A program made the translations under genes and the position numbers. DNA of 64,000 bases. It comes from a virus (taxonomy: Duplodnaviria; Caudoviricetes). The notes under the pieces are model-generated. The model was not told where the DNA came from, made no database searches, and saw only the letters and a program-made list of their open reading frames with translations. The stretch is from positions 1-64,000 of the IMG/VR virus record IMGVR_UViG_3300013308_000019; one strand, 5' to 3'. Below, piece after piece: positions 20,653-31,877 of this stretch (the stretch's first letter is position 1; every line of letters starts with the position of its first letter).

Positions 20653-20871
20653 ATGTCTAAGGGTAACGTCTTCATCCAGTACAAGGGAACTGATCTGTGT
20701 GCGGACATCTGGTGTGAGTGCGGGAAACACCTGCACGTGGATTCTGGGTTCGCCTACGCCGTACAGTGCGGCCACTGTCAGACCATCTACGAGTTGCCAC
20801 AGATGGTGACGGCTGTTAAGGTGGAGAGTACCCAGTACACTGTACTGGTTCTTGAGGACGAAGAGGTATGA
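20653..20871 (+). CDS. Zn-ribbon protein
   Basis: CECG...CGHC. Confidence 0.65.
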   Translation: MSKGNVFIQYKGTDLCADIWCECGKHLHVDSGFAYAVQCGHCQTIYELPQMVTAVKVESTQYTVLVLEDEEV

Positions 20872-20872
20872 A

Positions 20873-21223
20873 ATGCCCTACAAGAACGAGAAGCCCGGTA
20901 ATTACATCAAGCCCAAGGACGACCGGCGACGGAAGCTGAGCGAGGCGGACAAGGATCGGATCAGGGAACTGTACAAGCTCCCCGACTGGTCCCAGCTCCG
21001 TCTCGCGGGCGAGTTTAAGGTGAGCCGACGACTGATCCAGTTCGTGTTGGACCCGGACAAGGAAGCCCGGAACAAGGAAGCCTTTGCCGAACGACAGAAG
21101 GACGGCAGGTATTACGACCGTGAGAAGCACAGCGAGCAAGTGAAGCAGACCCGCCGACACCGGCAGGAACTTTACCTCAAGGGTGAACTGGAGACAGGCC
21201 CTCCGCTTGACACTGAGGAATAG
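20873..21223 (+). CDS. HTH DNA-binding protein
   Basis: KLSEADKDRIRELY...SQLRLAGEFKVSRRLIQFVL. Confidence 0.75.
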   Translation: MPYKNEKPGNYIKPKDDRRRKLSEADKDRIRELYKLPDWSQLRLAGEFKVSRRLIQFVLDPDKEARNKEAFAERQKDGRYYDREKHSEQVKQTRRHRQELYLKGELETGPPLDTEE

Positions 21224-21872
21224 ATGCCTTAGAGTATCTAGAAGAATAGTACAAGGAGAGGATACCCTATGGTAATGGGACACTACCCACAACCCGGAAG
21301 CTCAGCACCTAGTGAGCGAGAGGTCAACATCCGATTGGTGGGAGTCCTGTTGGTTATCGTGGCCGTTCTGGTAGGGTTTAGCATCCAAGTTGGCGCTTTG
21401 GTAGTTGCTCATGTAGAATGTTCTCAGGTCAAACATGGACAGGTTATGCGAAGCAACATGTCAGACCAAGTGTACTGTCACGTCTACGAAAGGTAAAGCA
21501 TGTTTGATAGGGCTATGGTTTGGGTGGCGCTTGGACTCTTTGTCGGTGGGTTCGGCTCCGGTATTGCGGCAGTTCTGGGACTCTGGTGGGTGTGGGCCAT
21601 TGTAGTTGCAGTCGTTATCCTCTCTGTGGTAATGTACAGTGTGGACCTACAGAAAGGATTAAGGGAATGATTGACTACGAGACCATGGACTGGGAGGCCC
21701 GGAACAGACTCTGGGAGAAGTACTACAAGGTGGACACCAACGACTGGGGTGTCCCTACGCGGGATAAACCTGTGCGGGGTGTGGAGGTCTGCCAGCGCTG
21801 TAGCGCTCTGGTGGATGACACGTGGAAGCATCTGGACTGGCACACTAAACTTGAGGGAGAGGACTGGGAGCG

Positions 21873-22055
21873 ATGAAGGTAGGAGACAAGGTACGGGTCA
21901 CTGATGACATGCTGGGTGTAGCCCCTGAGTACGTGGGACAGGTCGGGATTGTGGACCTCATTACGAGCGACGGGACGTACGACTACGTCGTCAAGCACGA
22001 GGACGGTAAGTACATCTGCTGGGACCTGAAGGAACTTGAGGTAGTGGATGGCTAA
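21873..22055 (+). CDS. KOW/SH3-like mini-protein
   Basis: MKVGDKVRV...GQVGIV. Confidence 0.7.
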   Translation: MKVGDKVRVTDDMLGVAPEYVGQVGIVDLITSDGTYDYVVKHEDGKYICWDLKELEVVDG

Positions 22056-22742
22056 ACCATTCGATGGATGGGTTGACGATCCGGAGGTAATCGCGTATGC
22101 TGTCGAGAGAGCTACTGGCTGGGATAAGTTCTACCTGTCGCTGTATTTAGGCGAGGTGCTGGGACGAGTGAAGGAGAGGACTGGGAACGATGAACAAGAA
22201 GTGCACCAACGGACACAACATGGTGGGGGTTGACCTGCCCAAGTTTACTGAGATAGTCTGGTACTGCATGGTGGAGGACTGTGAAGGGATCGAGGTACTG
22301 GATGTCTGAGCAGGACCCCGGAGTGGGCGGACCGAAGATGTCCAAGTCCGGAGGCAACGGGGCGGAAGAGCGCAACAAGTCCTACGAGAAGGTGCTGGAC
22401 TTACAGGCCACGTACATCCGTCGAGTGCAGTCTGGTCAGTTTGACGAGATTCCCAATGCACTCTTCCGCTGGAAGCAGAAGTCAGCGTGGCACGAGAGGA
22501 CGTACGGCTGGTGAAGGTGCGTGAGATGTACCTGTACTGGTGCGAGATTTGCTGGGCCTGTGTGGTACTCTGCGGGTTGGCGTGGGTCTTCATGACGGTG
22601 ATTGCGCTGATCTTACTGTTCGCTGGAGTGTGGGCAGGTGTAGCTTGGGTGGGCGGAGCCTCTGTGCTTTACGGAGGGCTGGTCTTCATGATAGGCTATC
22701 TGGAAGCACGAAGGCATTGGAAACTAAAGGAAGGTAAATAGT

Positions 22743-23183
22743 ATGGACGAAGGCAAGTGGGTAGCAGTAAAGCACGGAGAGGTCCAGAAGGGGGATCGCG
22801 TACGCGTCACCACCAAGGAGGGTCCGCAGACGATTACCACCGAGGGTACCGTCACCCTTGTGTCTGAGAACAGGTTCGATGGGAGGGCGTGGAGCATCGA
22901 AGATTTCGAGAACTTCTACGCGCACGAGTTCGAGCCTGACGATGACGGGAAGTTCGCCACACTAGAGCGTTTTGTTCCGCCGTTCACGTGGCCTACCAAG
23001 CTGGGCGCTGTGGTAAAGGGCAGGGATATGGAAGGCTCGTATGTAGCCGTTCTGGTGAAGCTGGCGCACGACCTTAACGCGGACTACCACCTCTGGTGGT
23101 CCGCCGAGTGGGGCACTGTCACTGCGGCGGACCTTTCCGGTCTGGAGGATTTGACAGTCGTCTCGGAAGGTGTTACAGTATAG
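22743..23183 (+). CDS. SH3-like protein; paralog of the next gene
   Basis: VQKGDRV; FTWPTKLGAVV. Confidence 0.65.
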   Translation: MDEGKWVAVKHGEVQKGDRVRVTTKEGPQTITTEGTVTLVSENRFDGRAWSIEDFENFYAHEFEPDDDGKFATLERFVPPFTWPTKLGAVVKGRDMEGSYVAVLVKLAHDLNADYHLWWSAEWGTVTAADLSGLEDLTVVSEGVTV

Positions 23184-23185
23184 TC

Positions 23186-23623
23186 ATGACAACAGATGTG
23201 AAAGTTACGTGGGAAGAGATCAAATCGCTGGAGACGCTGAAGCTCGGTGATGAGCTTGAGTACGTCAGTACCGGTGAGAACAGGGAGTTCAAGTACTGGG
23301 GCAAGGTCATCGACATCCGGAAGAACAACCGGGACGAGACCTCAGTCGTTGCGATGGAAGGGGACTGGACCCTGCTTCCGTCCACGCTGAAGGTTCCCGG
23401 CGCAAAGGTCACCCGGAAGGTCGTGGAGTTCGGCTGGCCTGACTACATCGGGGCGTGCGTGGAGGCGACGTGGACTGGGGAAAACTTGGTCTTCCACTAC
23501 GTGCGCGTGGCTGAATCCGGCCACAACGAGTGGGTTGTTGCGGAGACCGGCGAACACTACGCCACGTGGGAACTGGACTTGATCAGCCGCAACTACACTC
23601 ACCGTGTCATCAGCCAAGAGTAA
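23186..23623 (+). CDS. SH3-like protein (leaderless)
   Basis: LKLGDEL; FGWPDYIGACV. Confidence 0.65.
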   Translation: MTTDVKVTWEEIKSLETLKLGDELEYVSTGENREFKYWGKVIDIRKNNRDETSVVAMEGDWTLLPSTLKVPGAKVTRKVVEFGWPDYIGACVEATWTGENLVFHYVRVAESGHNEWVVAETGEHYATWELDLISRNYTHRVISQE

Positions 23624-23736
23624 ACGGGAAGAGCTTAGTGCGCAGGAGTTGTATAAACGATCCCTGCGTGTTAGGCTTACTCGTGCTGGACTGGTAAAGA
23701 TCATGCGGGAAAATGAGGCTAGGGAGAGGGAGAAGA

Positions 23737-24051
23737 ATGAACTACAAGGAAAAGATTCTGGAACACGCGATAGCGAACGTTCTGACGAACTCGGCTAATT
23801 TCCCGGAGGGTGTTGCGCACCGCGTGCTTGGTATGGACATGAGCAAGACCATCGGTGCTGTCAAGGAGGCTGTGACGAACACCGGCCTGTACATCATCGA
23901 CAACGACTACATGCTGGCACACGAGCAGGTAAACCGCGTGGAAGTGATCGACAATAACGGTCGTGCGTACGTGAAGTACGGCGTGGGGGATGTCATCACC
24001 CACTTGCAGGACGACGGGCGTACGCTGAAGCTCTTCCTGAGGGGTGGCTGA
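23737..24051 (+). CDS. Hypothetical protein
   Basis: VNRVEVID..GRAYV...LQDDGRTLKLF pattern common in phage proteins. Confidence 0.65.
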   Translation: MNYKEKILEHAIANVLTNSANFPEGVAHRVLGMDMSKTIGAVKEAVTNTGLYIIDNDYMLAHEQVNRVEVIDNNGRAYVKYGVGDVITHLQDDGRTLKLFLRGG

Positions 24052-24054
24052 GGT

Positions 24055-25125
24055 ATGGAAAGAGACTGGGAAGCAGAAGACAGGAAGTTCTGGCGCAGGG
24101 TGTGGTTGGCGATTGGAGTCGTCGTGGTGGCATTCGTGCTGTTCATGTCCCTCGTGGTGATGCCAAGCCATACCGAGCGGCGTGAGGCATGCGAAGCCAA
24201 GGGCGGCGTGCTGGTCGGGAAGTACTCGGATTGCATCAAGAAAGAATACGTGCTATAGTCTAAAGCTATGGAAAACAACGGAAAGGCAAACGCAATGGAA
24301 ACTCTCAAGGCAAAGGTTCTGGAACTCAAGGAGAAATGGAACCCGCCGTTCTGGCCGTTGGTACTGCTGGCGTGGTTCTTTGCTGTACCCATGGTCGGAG
24401 GCACACTGGCGCTGGGTACGTACCTCGTTGGTGCGTCTGCCGGGACTGTGGTCTGGGTGGTCGCCGGTCTGGTATGGTACACGTACCTCATCTACAGGCT
24501 GATCCACGGCTTCCTGTCAAATCTGGATGCGCAGATCGCGGGGAAGGAAGAAAGGGTATAGATGCTCTGGAAGATTATAATCTCTGTGATGTTTCTCTCG
24601 GTACTCGTGGCATGTGTTGCGGCCCTGCCAGCGGCTATCGTATCGGGTGCCGGATTCGCCACAGGGTACGCTCTGGGAGGCGGAGCGATTCTGTCCCTCT
24701 ACACCACTGTAAATGTCTGGGTGGTGAAGGCGTGACGTGGCGGTGAAGATGAGCGAGGGTGAATCCTCTGCCCTGTACCAGTCGGCGGTGTACGCTCTGG
24801 TCATGGTCCTGCTGGTGTTCGGCACTGTGACGCTGTGGAAGTATGTCTCGGTGTACCTGCTTCTGGGCCTGCCGATGGTGTACTACCTGTTCTCGGAAGA
24901 GTGGGAAGAGTATAAGAAACAAAAGAGAATCAGGAAGAGGACGAAAGAATGATCTTGTATGTGATTAACCTAGCGTTGGCGTCAGCACTTGTGCTGGGCA
25001 TGCTGACGCTGGTAGCCTCTGCCATGGTGGGAGCAATAGCTGTAGGTGCCCTATGGTTGTTGCTCCCTTTGTCGTTGTATGTTTTTGCGTTCTGGACGCT
25101 TGCGCAAATGGCGAGGGATATGTAA
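24055..25125 (+). other. Run of five small membrane-protein genes
   Basis: ORFs 24055..24258, 24268..24561 and 24737..24952 plus two sub-60-aa hydrophobic ORFs. Confidence 0.6.
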
Positions 25126-25156
25126 GATGGAAGTAACAACACAAGGAAAGGAAACA

Positions 25157-25438
25157 ATGAGCAACTTCGCTGGGGATGAAGGAACGACCGTTTACACTGA
25201 GCCGGAAGGTTCGCTGGTCTATCAGGGGATGGTCTCACTGACCGCTGATTACGGGGATGAGCGCGTGGGCCTGTGCATGATCGCGTCGGGAGGTGGGAGC
25301 AGTGTCGTGGTGGGTATCAATGATGAGGCTGATGTACAGCAGTTCCTCTATGCGGCGGCTGTCCGGTCACAGTTGATCAAGGACGGCGAGCCGCTGATCC
25401 TGATGAAGCGTGTCACCGCTGACGAGGACGCGGCGTGA
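25157..25438 (+). CDS. Hypothetical protein; paralog of 5288..5731
   Basis: Shared FLY..AV...IK.GE.L. Confidence 0.65.
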   Translation: MSNFAGDEGTTVYTEPEGSLVYQGMVSLTADYGDERVGLCMIASGGGSSVVVGINDEADVQQFLYAAAVRSQLIKDGEPLILMKRVTADEDAA

Positions 25439-25788
25439 TGTATCGCAAGGGGGACATGGTCGAGATCAATGAACCCGGTGGGCCGTTCCATGGCCGGATC
25501 GGGGAGGTAATCTTTGCGGACCACGAGGCCCTGAGGGTCGATGTGTGCCCTAAATGGTACTGGGGTGAGGGTGATGTGCGGGAAGCCGGGTTTGAGACCG
25601 CTGTGAGCCTACAGGCCTACCCTATGGGCACCATCGTGGAGACCGAGTCTGGACAGCTTTGGGTACGCATCTCGGGGGACACATGGGCCGCTGAGCGTAC
25701 GGTTGGATTCAAGACCGTGGCGGCTCTGCCCTCCAGTGCACTGCCCACGTACAACGTCAAGCGCATCTTCTTGGGGATGATGGAGTAG
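25435..25788 (+). CDS. KOW-motif protein
   Basis: YRKGDMVEI..GGPFHGRIGEV. Confidence 0.65.
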   Translation: MMYRKGDMVEINEPGGPFHGRIGEVIFADHEALRVDVCPKWYWGEGDVREAGFETAVSLQAYPMGTIVETESGQLWVRISGDTWAAERTVGFKTVAALPSSALPTYNVKRIFLGMME

Positions 25789-25845
25789 ACTTGCAGGCTA
25801 AGCTGTGGTAGGCTGGTCCTACATAAAGACAAGGAAAGGACAGAG

Positions 25846-26893
25846 ATGAGTATGTATAGGGGACGGGCGGAACGCCTGTCGGTCTACGGAGTGGCGGGAC
25901 TGTTCTTCTTCTTCGCTGGGTGTGTGGCGGTCGTGCTGGCTGCTGCGCTGTCGGTGGAGTGGCTGTGTGCCCTGTGGGGTGTGCTGTGGACTGCCGCTGT
26001 GGTCATGGCGGTAGTTGGGGTGGTGAAGAGTGACTGATTTCTTTCAGGACAGAAAGAACCACCCGAAGATTCGCTACATGGGATTCTCCATGGGAGCGGT
26101 GGGAATGCTGGTGGGGATCGTGGCGGCAATTGTTGCCGGGGTGATCGGGAGTGCTGGCTTGGGGATTTGCGCGGCAGGGATGTTTCTGCTAAGCTTTGTC
26201 CTGTTGCCGGTGACCGATGTCAACTTCTCGAAGTGGCACTAGATGGTGTGGCTTTATAAACTGAAGTGGAAACTGCTGAGGAACACCGTGCTGGCAGGGC
26301 TTGCCAACATCATGATCTTTGCCGGGATGCTGGGCTGTGTGATGGGCGGGTTCATGTTTGCGCTGACGCCGTGGGTCACGTGGATCAGTCTGGCAGTGTT
26401 TATTGGCGGGTTCTGTGTGCTGGCGTACTCGGACAAATACCTGCCTTCGGAGAAGAAAGGGAGCGGTAATGGGTAAGTTGAGAACGCGGTTCGTGCACTG
26501 GGTGAACTCGCAGGGCGGCGAAGCCGGTGACTGGATGGTGGCCGGGGCGCTCATCGGGGCAATGGTGGCGGGGGTTCTCGCCCTTGTGGTGTCTGTGATG
26601 CTGGAGTCTGTCCCGCTGTTGATTCTGGGGTTCGTGGTGTTTGTCGCGCACCTGATCTACGTGCTGGCGGTGCTGTGATGTCGAACTGGTGGTACTCGCT
26701 GGGCAGTAAGCGACAGGGCTGGTTTCTGATCTCAGGGTTTCTGGGGCTGATGGTGGTAGGGTTTGGTGTTGCGATTATGGCAGGGACCAGCATGGCTGTC
26801 GTGCATACACTGGTACCCTTTTTTCATCTGGGCATGGGTACAGGACTCTTCGGTCTGGTGGGGGCGTTTGTGACGGCCATGGTGAGGATGTAA
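25846..26893 (+). other. Run of five small 2-TM membrane-protein genes
   Basis: ORFs starting at 25846, 26030, 26243, 26469 and 26675. Confidence 0.65.
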
Positions 26894-26956
26894 GGGTAGG
26901 GTTGACCGTGGAGAGAGTCTGTGGTAGGCTGGAGGAAACGACAAGGAAGGTGGACA

Positions 26957-27298
26957 ATGGACAGGAAAATTGAATCAGCAGGTAAACGGGCGGCAGTGGC
27001 CCTTGAGGGTGAACTGGACTTCCAGATCAACAACGCACGTGCGTTGGTGGACGTACGTGTACTGGAGGACCTGCTGGTCTACGTCAAGGCTCTGGAGAAC
27101 CCTGAGAAGGTGACCAAGGATGTCTACCTGAGAGGGGAGTGGTGGGTCACCGTTCTGAAGGTGGACCTGACCGAGGACCAAGTGCGCCTGCTGGATGAAC
27201 TGGGCGACAGGTCTAAGAACACGGAGGCTACCATCGAGGTACAGGAACACAACCCTGACTACCCCCTGCCCAACTGGAGAGGACACACAAGGAAGTGA
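26957..27298 (+). CDS. Hypothetical protein
   Basis: ORF with RBS. Confidence 0.6.
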   Translation: MDRKIESAGKRAAVALEGELDFQINNARALVDVRVLEDLLVYVKALENPEKVTKDVYLRGEWWVTVLKVDLTEDQVRLLDELGDRSKNTEATIEVQEHNPDYPLPNWRGHTRK

Positions 27299-27582
27299 CA
27301 GCATTGGATACAACTCTACTGTTCTTGCAGGTCTCTGAGGTGTTTGCCGAAGAGAAGGCCTGTGAGGTACCGTTTCACGACGAGAACCCTCGGGGGCATG
27401 AAGGGTCGGCTACGTGGTACGTGAAGACCCATTGCCTGAACTGTACTGCACAGTCTGTGGTGTTCGCGGCGTGTGACAAGTACGTCGAGATACTGAAGCA
27501 TGGGACGATGCCCATGATGTGCCTGCCGTGTGGAACGGACGGGGCGATGTTTGCCATTACCCTCTTGGAGAAGATACAGTGA
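27295..27582 (+). CDS. Zn-binding protein; paralog of 8974..9270
   Basis: CE..H...HEG.ATWYV..HCLNC...CDKY...CLPC. Confidence 0.65.
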   Translation: MTALDTTLLFLQVSEVFAEEKACEVPFHDENPRGHEGSATWYVKTHCLNCTAQSVVFAACDKYVEILKHGTMPMMCLPCGTDGAMFAITLLEKIQ

Positions 27583-27981
27583 AGATGCAACCGGGACTGA
27601 AGGAACTGGAACCGGGGGACACCGTACAGGTTAACGAAGGCACGCGACCTCATGCGATTGCAGGACAGGTCTGTACTGTTGTGAAGAAGGTGCCGCACTT
27701 CGCTGGCGAGGCGTACGAGATAACAGTCTCGCACCCGCACCACAATGAACTGGTGTATTTGCGGCATGAATTGACCTTACTTGGAAAGGGGGAGTCTGAT
27801 GCTTAAGATGTTTGTGGCCCTGCTGAGGGTCTTGGTCTGGATGGTGGTCTGCATGGTGGTCGGGATACTGAGTGCCCTGACGATACATGCGTTTACTGTG
27901 GCCGGTATTGGGTGGCTGGGAGTACTGGTTACAGTCAGCATAGCGGTCGGTGTCGGTGCGATTCTGGCTGACTTCTTGTAA

Positions 27982-28690
27982 TTTTTGAGCGGGTTGGACA
28001 TGGCCGGATTCGGTTTTCGAGGGGTGTTTTGAGGGCGTTTTCGGCGGTTTTTCTTATCAAACTGCCTCTTCTGGATTGGTCTGGGAGGGGCAGTTTTTCT
28101 ATAGTATTAGTGTAACGAGTAGGTAACGGGGCCAGTGCTGGCGCGGCAGGATCGGTGGTTAACAGCATAGTGTTTGTGGGGATAATAGGATTCTCGGAGA
28201 GGGCTGGGTTGACGCTTGGCTGTGTATCTTGAGGGGTGGTTCTTACTAGATATGGGCTGTTTGGGATGTCTAACATGGGGTGAAACAGCAGGGATGTCTT
28301 GAAAAGGACATCTTTTTGAGTATGTTGGTTTGAGGGGATGTTAGAATCGTTTTGAGAACCGAAGAAGTAAGATCGAATCCTACTGAATCAAGGGGTTTTG
28401 GATCGGTTGCCCCCTCGGTTTGGGGCCAAAAACCCCCTAATTCTCTACTATTACTTACTACTATTTTTTACTAACTCTTACTTAGTAAGTAGTAAGAAGT
28501 ATGTATATACTTCTTACTAAGTGTGTTTACGTTGGGACCTCATATAAACGCATTTTCGTCTCTTTCTGTATGCCACGGCTGTCGGGCTTAAAACCACTTA
28601 GTAAGACTGGGTGGTCTGGAGAGGTTGACAAGGGTGGGGTGAAGTGACATACTAGGATTTGGTGTGATTTGCTTTCCTTACTCTCTTGTG
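27982..28690. other. Non-coding region of about 700 bp with AT-rich palindromic core; candidate replication origin
   Basis: No credible ORF; AT-rich 28436-28525; inverted repeat AGTAAGAAGTA...TACTTCTTACT. Confidence 0.45.
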
Positions 28691-28735
28691 GTAGAATTGA
28701 TCTATAAGCAAAGGAACAAGAGATTGGAGGCTGTT

Positions 28736-29068
28736 GTGGCCGAAGAGAACAAGTATGTAGAAGGCAAGAAAAACTCAAGGGCCACCAAGACAGCCCGTAA
28801 GATTTGGGTCGAGGACAAGATTCGTGCGTACCAGCGTGAGCTTGAAGGACTGGACATCGAGATTGCCTCGGACGACAAGGTTATCACGAAGCTGGAGAGG
28901 CTTGACTCGGAACGCGAGAGCTTGGCTGAATCCATGGTCTCTGCACAGCGGAGGATGACCGGGTTGGAAGGCGAGGCTTTCGATGCTACACTGGACACCT
29001 ACATGGGCATCAAGGCAAAGATCGCCAAGGTTGACGCTGAGATGCGTTCGGTGTACTATGGACGATAG
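28736..29068 (+). CDS. Coiled-coil hypothetical protein
   Basis: GGAGG RBS and GTG start. Confidence 0.65.
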   Translation: MAEENKYVEGKKNSRATKTARKIWVEDKIRAYQRELEGLDIEIASDDKVITKLERLDSERESLAESMVSAQRRMTGLEGEAFDATLDTYMGIKAKIAKVDAEMRSVYYGR

Positions 29069-29498
29069 CGAGGCACTGGCACGCGTTGCCAAGATGAAGG
29101 CTGACAAGGAAGAAGCCAAGGCAAAACGCGAAGCAGACACCAAAAAGTTTATGAGCTTCGATATGACTCTGGAGGACATGCTTCGACAGAGCAGGAAGCG
29201 GAAGAACTACATGAACTCCCACCGGTTTGAGATGAGCGTTCCGGGATCGTTCGAATGGGGACTGCCTGCGAGAGCGGCCTCACGTCACCAACAGTTTGAA
29301 GATAACATCCGGCAGTATGAACAGGCCGAGGCTATGTATCAGGCGGCACTCCGGAACGGGGACGAGGCTCTGATCAAGGAACATCGTAAGGAAGCAGACA
29401 AGCGTTTGTCAAATTGTCTCTTCGCTTCCTACGCTGTTGGAATGCTGTACAGGCAGTTTGTTGAAGGTGCACAAAGGAGAGCGGGTTTGGATGGATGA
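29058..29498 (+). CDS. Hypothetical protein
   Basis: Overlapping ORF. Confidence 0.6.
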   Translation: MDDSEALARVAKMKADKEEAKAKREADTKKFMSFDMTLEDMLRQSRKRKNYMNSHRFEMSVPGSFEWGLPARAASRHQQFEDNIRQYEQAEAMYQAALRNGDEALIKEHRKEADKRLSNCLFASYAVGMLYRQFVEGAQRRAGLDG

Positions 29499-30042
29499 CG
29501 ACGAGCAGAGGGTAACGGGGTTTGCTCCCGGAGCGGGTGTGGTGATAACCTGTGATGTGGCTGACGGTACTGAGAAGTACATCGGATATGTCATTGGGAT
29601 GGACGACCTGTATCTCTACGCGAAGGTGACCCACACATGGGGGGAACGGATCGCTGAGGTGACCGAGGAAAGTGTCTCGGTGCTGAAGGGGATTCTCATG
29701 CAGAGGCCGCTCTGGTTGCTTCGGGTTCAGGTTCTCGCGAAGGGCGTCATGCCCCTGTGGCTGAGCAAGGAACAGCTTGTGGACGTTCTCTCGGAGCTAA
29801 TGCAACAGGAGGCTGTGAAGCAGGCTGGACCGCAGGGAGGATTCATTGCCGAGGTGTTGCCTACGGAGATGAGCCTGCCGCACTTCTCGGTTCGGAACAT
29901 TAAGAGTCTAGCGGATGTGATGGCGGGATCGGTTTTGACCAGTCTTGACTTCGCACCGGAACTAACGTATACTGAAGAGTCGGAATCGGAGGAAGGTGAG
30001 CATGGAGACGAAGGCACAGAAAGCCGCGAGGGTGATGACTAA
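29491..30042 (+). CDS. Hypothetical protein
   Basis: Overlapping ORF. Confidence 0.6.
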   Translation: MDDDEQRVTGFAPGAGVVITCDVADGTEKYIGYVIGMDDLYLYAKVTHTWGERIAEVTEESVSVLKGILMQRPLWLLRVQVLAKGVMPLWLSKEQLVDVLSELMQQEAVKQAGPQGGFIAEVLPTEMSLPHFSVRNIKSLADVMAGSVLTSLDFAPELTYTEESESEEGEHGDEGTESREGDD

Positions 30043-30218
30043 CATCAACTGGTTCATCTTCGGAGCCGTGTTCCTGACGGTGGGGATGTTCGTTATCTCT
30101 GCATCGGGTGCATGGGCTTGGGCAGGATTTGTGGCATCGTTTGTCTACGGACTGGGATGCGCTGGCGTGTATGGAGCCAGATCAATTGTAAACACTGAAA
30201 GTCAAGGAAAGGTAGAGC

Positions 30219-30845
30219 ATGACATTTGAAATCGGAGACAAGGTACTTACCAACACAGGTCTGTACATGAACGGAGCATGGCGGGACTCGGGGCTGAAGG
30301 GAAAGGTTGTCGCACTCCCTGATGGTGCGTTTGGACTACTCACCGTGAAGTTCAAAGAGATGGACCAGCTTCGCTTTATCCGCCCGGAGTATCTCATTCT
30401 GCGGAGCAAGAAGAAGGCGGAGAAGGAGCTTCTTTCGACTGAGGAAGACGTGGAACAGGGCGAGGAACCGGAGGTCGAGGCTGTACCGGACCTCCATGAG
30501 GTTAGGGACAACCCGGAGGTACAGGCCGCGCTCGCGTTGGTTCTGGAGCGGATCGAAGAGATCAAGGAACTGCTGACCGTTGGTCCGCGCCACGAGATCA
30601 CGGTGAACGTCCACAGCACCACTGAGGAATCACCGGAGGAAGAGCCAGCACCTGAGCCTGCTTTCAAGAAGGCCAAGGAAGTCAAGGCCGGTGACATGCT
30701 ATATACCGAGGCTGGAGTGTGGGACAAGGTGACCCGGATCGAGACCAAGGACAGCGGCTACACGTCACTGTTCGGGGCGTTCGGGAACAAGATCACTCAG
30801 GTTCCTTCGGGACGAGTAGTACAGGTTCTGGAAGAAGTCTCGTAA
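30219..30845 (+). CDS. SH3-like modules with acidic linker
   Basis: FEIGDKV; VKAGDML. Confidence 0.65.
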   Translation: MTFEIGDKVLTNTGLYMNGAWRDSGLKGKVVALPDGAFGLLTVKFKEMDQLRFIRPEYLILRSKKKAEKELLSTEEDVEQGEEPEVEAVPDLHEVRDNPEVQAALALVLERIEEIKELLTVGPRHEITVNVHSTTEESPEEEPAPEPAFKKAKEVKAGDMLYTEAGVWDKVTRIETKDSGYTSLFGAFGNKITQVPSGRVVQVLEEVS

Positions 30846-30885
30846 GGACTTGACAGAAGGGCCGTGAGCAGGTAAAGTTACATAC

Positions 30886-31512
30886 ATGGAAATCATTTTG
30901 AGCCTCATGATTGTGACCCCGTTGTTCACGGCCCTTTTTGTTGCTCCGTGGATGGCTATCGGCAAGCCGACCCGCAAGCGCTTGTACAAGGTGGCGCGGG
31001 CACACTGGACCCCGAAGTTCAAGCGCAAGTCCTTGGCACCTTCCATCGTCCCTGAGGGACTGGTGAAGCTCGAACCCCGCAACAAGGACTGGGGTCCGGA
31101 CGGCAAGCTGACCCAGATGTGGCAGGATGCGTTCGACTACTGGCAGATCGAGGACCCCGAGTTTTACCTCCAGCATTACCTCTCGCGTAAGGCCGACCTC
31201 AACAGGAAGGTAAAGGAACTTGAGCAGGCCGCAAAGAAGGGGGATGCAGTGTACGAGGAATACCTGCGTCCGGGTAGCTACGCGGTGAGTGTGGGCACGG
31301 CTGTGGATGCCAAATCGATGGCGCGGAAGAAGCGTGACGAGATCGACCGGCTCAAGACCAACTTCGACCGCACCATGAGTCAGGAAGAGCGTGTCATGGA
31401 CCGGCTGGTGGACCGGTACGGGAGCGAGATTTTCTATAACAACGACCTTGTCCGTCTGTCTTCCCAGAAGCAGATGCCGACATTTGACTACATCGCACTG
31501 ACCAGTGTATGA
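30886..31512 (+). CDS. Membrane-anchored protein
   Basis: N-terminal TM; promoter directly upstream. Confidence 0.65.
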   Translation: MEIILSLMIVTPLFTALFVAPWMAIGKPTRKRLYKVARAHWTPKFKRKSLAPSIVPEGLVKLEPRNKDWGPDGKLTQMWQDAFDYWQIEDPEFYLQHYLSRKADLNRKVKELEQAAKKGDAVYEEYLRPGSYAVSVGTAVDAKSMARKKRDEIDRLKTNFDRTMSQEERVMDRLVDRYGSEIFYNNDLVRLSSQKQMPTFDYIALTSV

Positions 31513-31544
31513 TGGACACAACAACGAACAAGAAAAGGAGTCAC

Positions 31545-31877
31545 ATGACTAACCCAACTGGAATGAACAACCTCACAGGACTTCTCGAAGGACTGGCGGA
31601 TGCCGTCGAAATCGTGGTAGGATTCGCGGAGAGCAAGCTCTCGGAATTCGCTGAGGGCGCGGAGACCGACAAGACGGGCGTGGATGAACCGGGGGAACGG
31701 GTCGAGTATAAGCTCGTTGCAGAGCTTGGTCTGGCGGACGAACTGGTACTCCATGACGGTAGCTGGCAGGTGACCTCTGTGCAGGGTGACGGGTTCGACA
31801 CTGACATCGTGTCGGTCACGCTGGCAAACGGCGAGAGCTACGACCTGTTGCGGACCTCTCTGGTGCGTGTAGCATGA
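31545..31877 (+). CDS. Hypothetical protein
   Basis: AAGGAG RBS. Confidence 0.6.
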   Translation: MTNPTGMNNLTGLLEGLADAVEIVVGFAESKLSEFAEGAETDKTGVDEPGERVEYKLVAELGLADELVLHDGSWQVTSVQGDGFDTDIVSVTLANGESYDLLRTSLVRVA

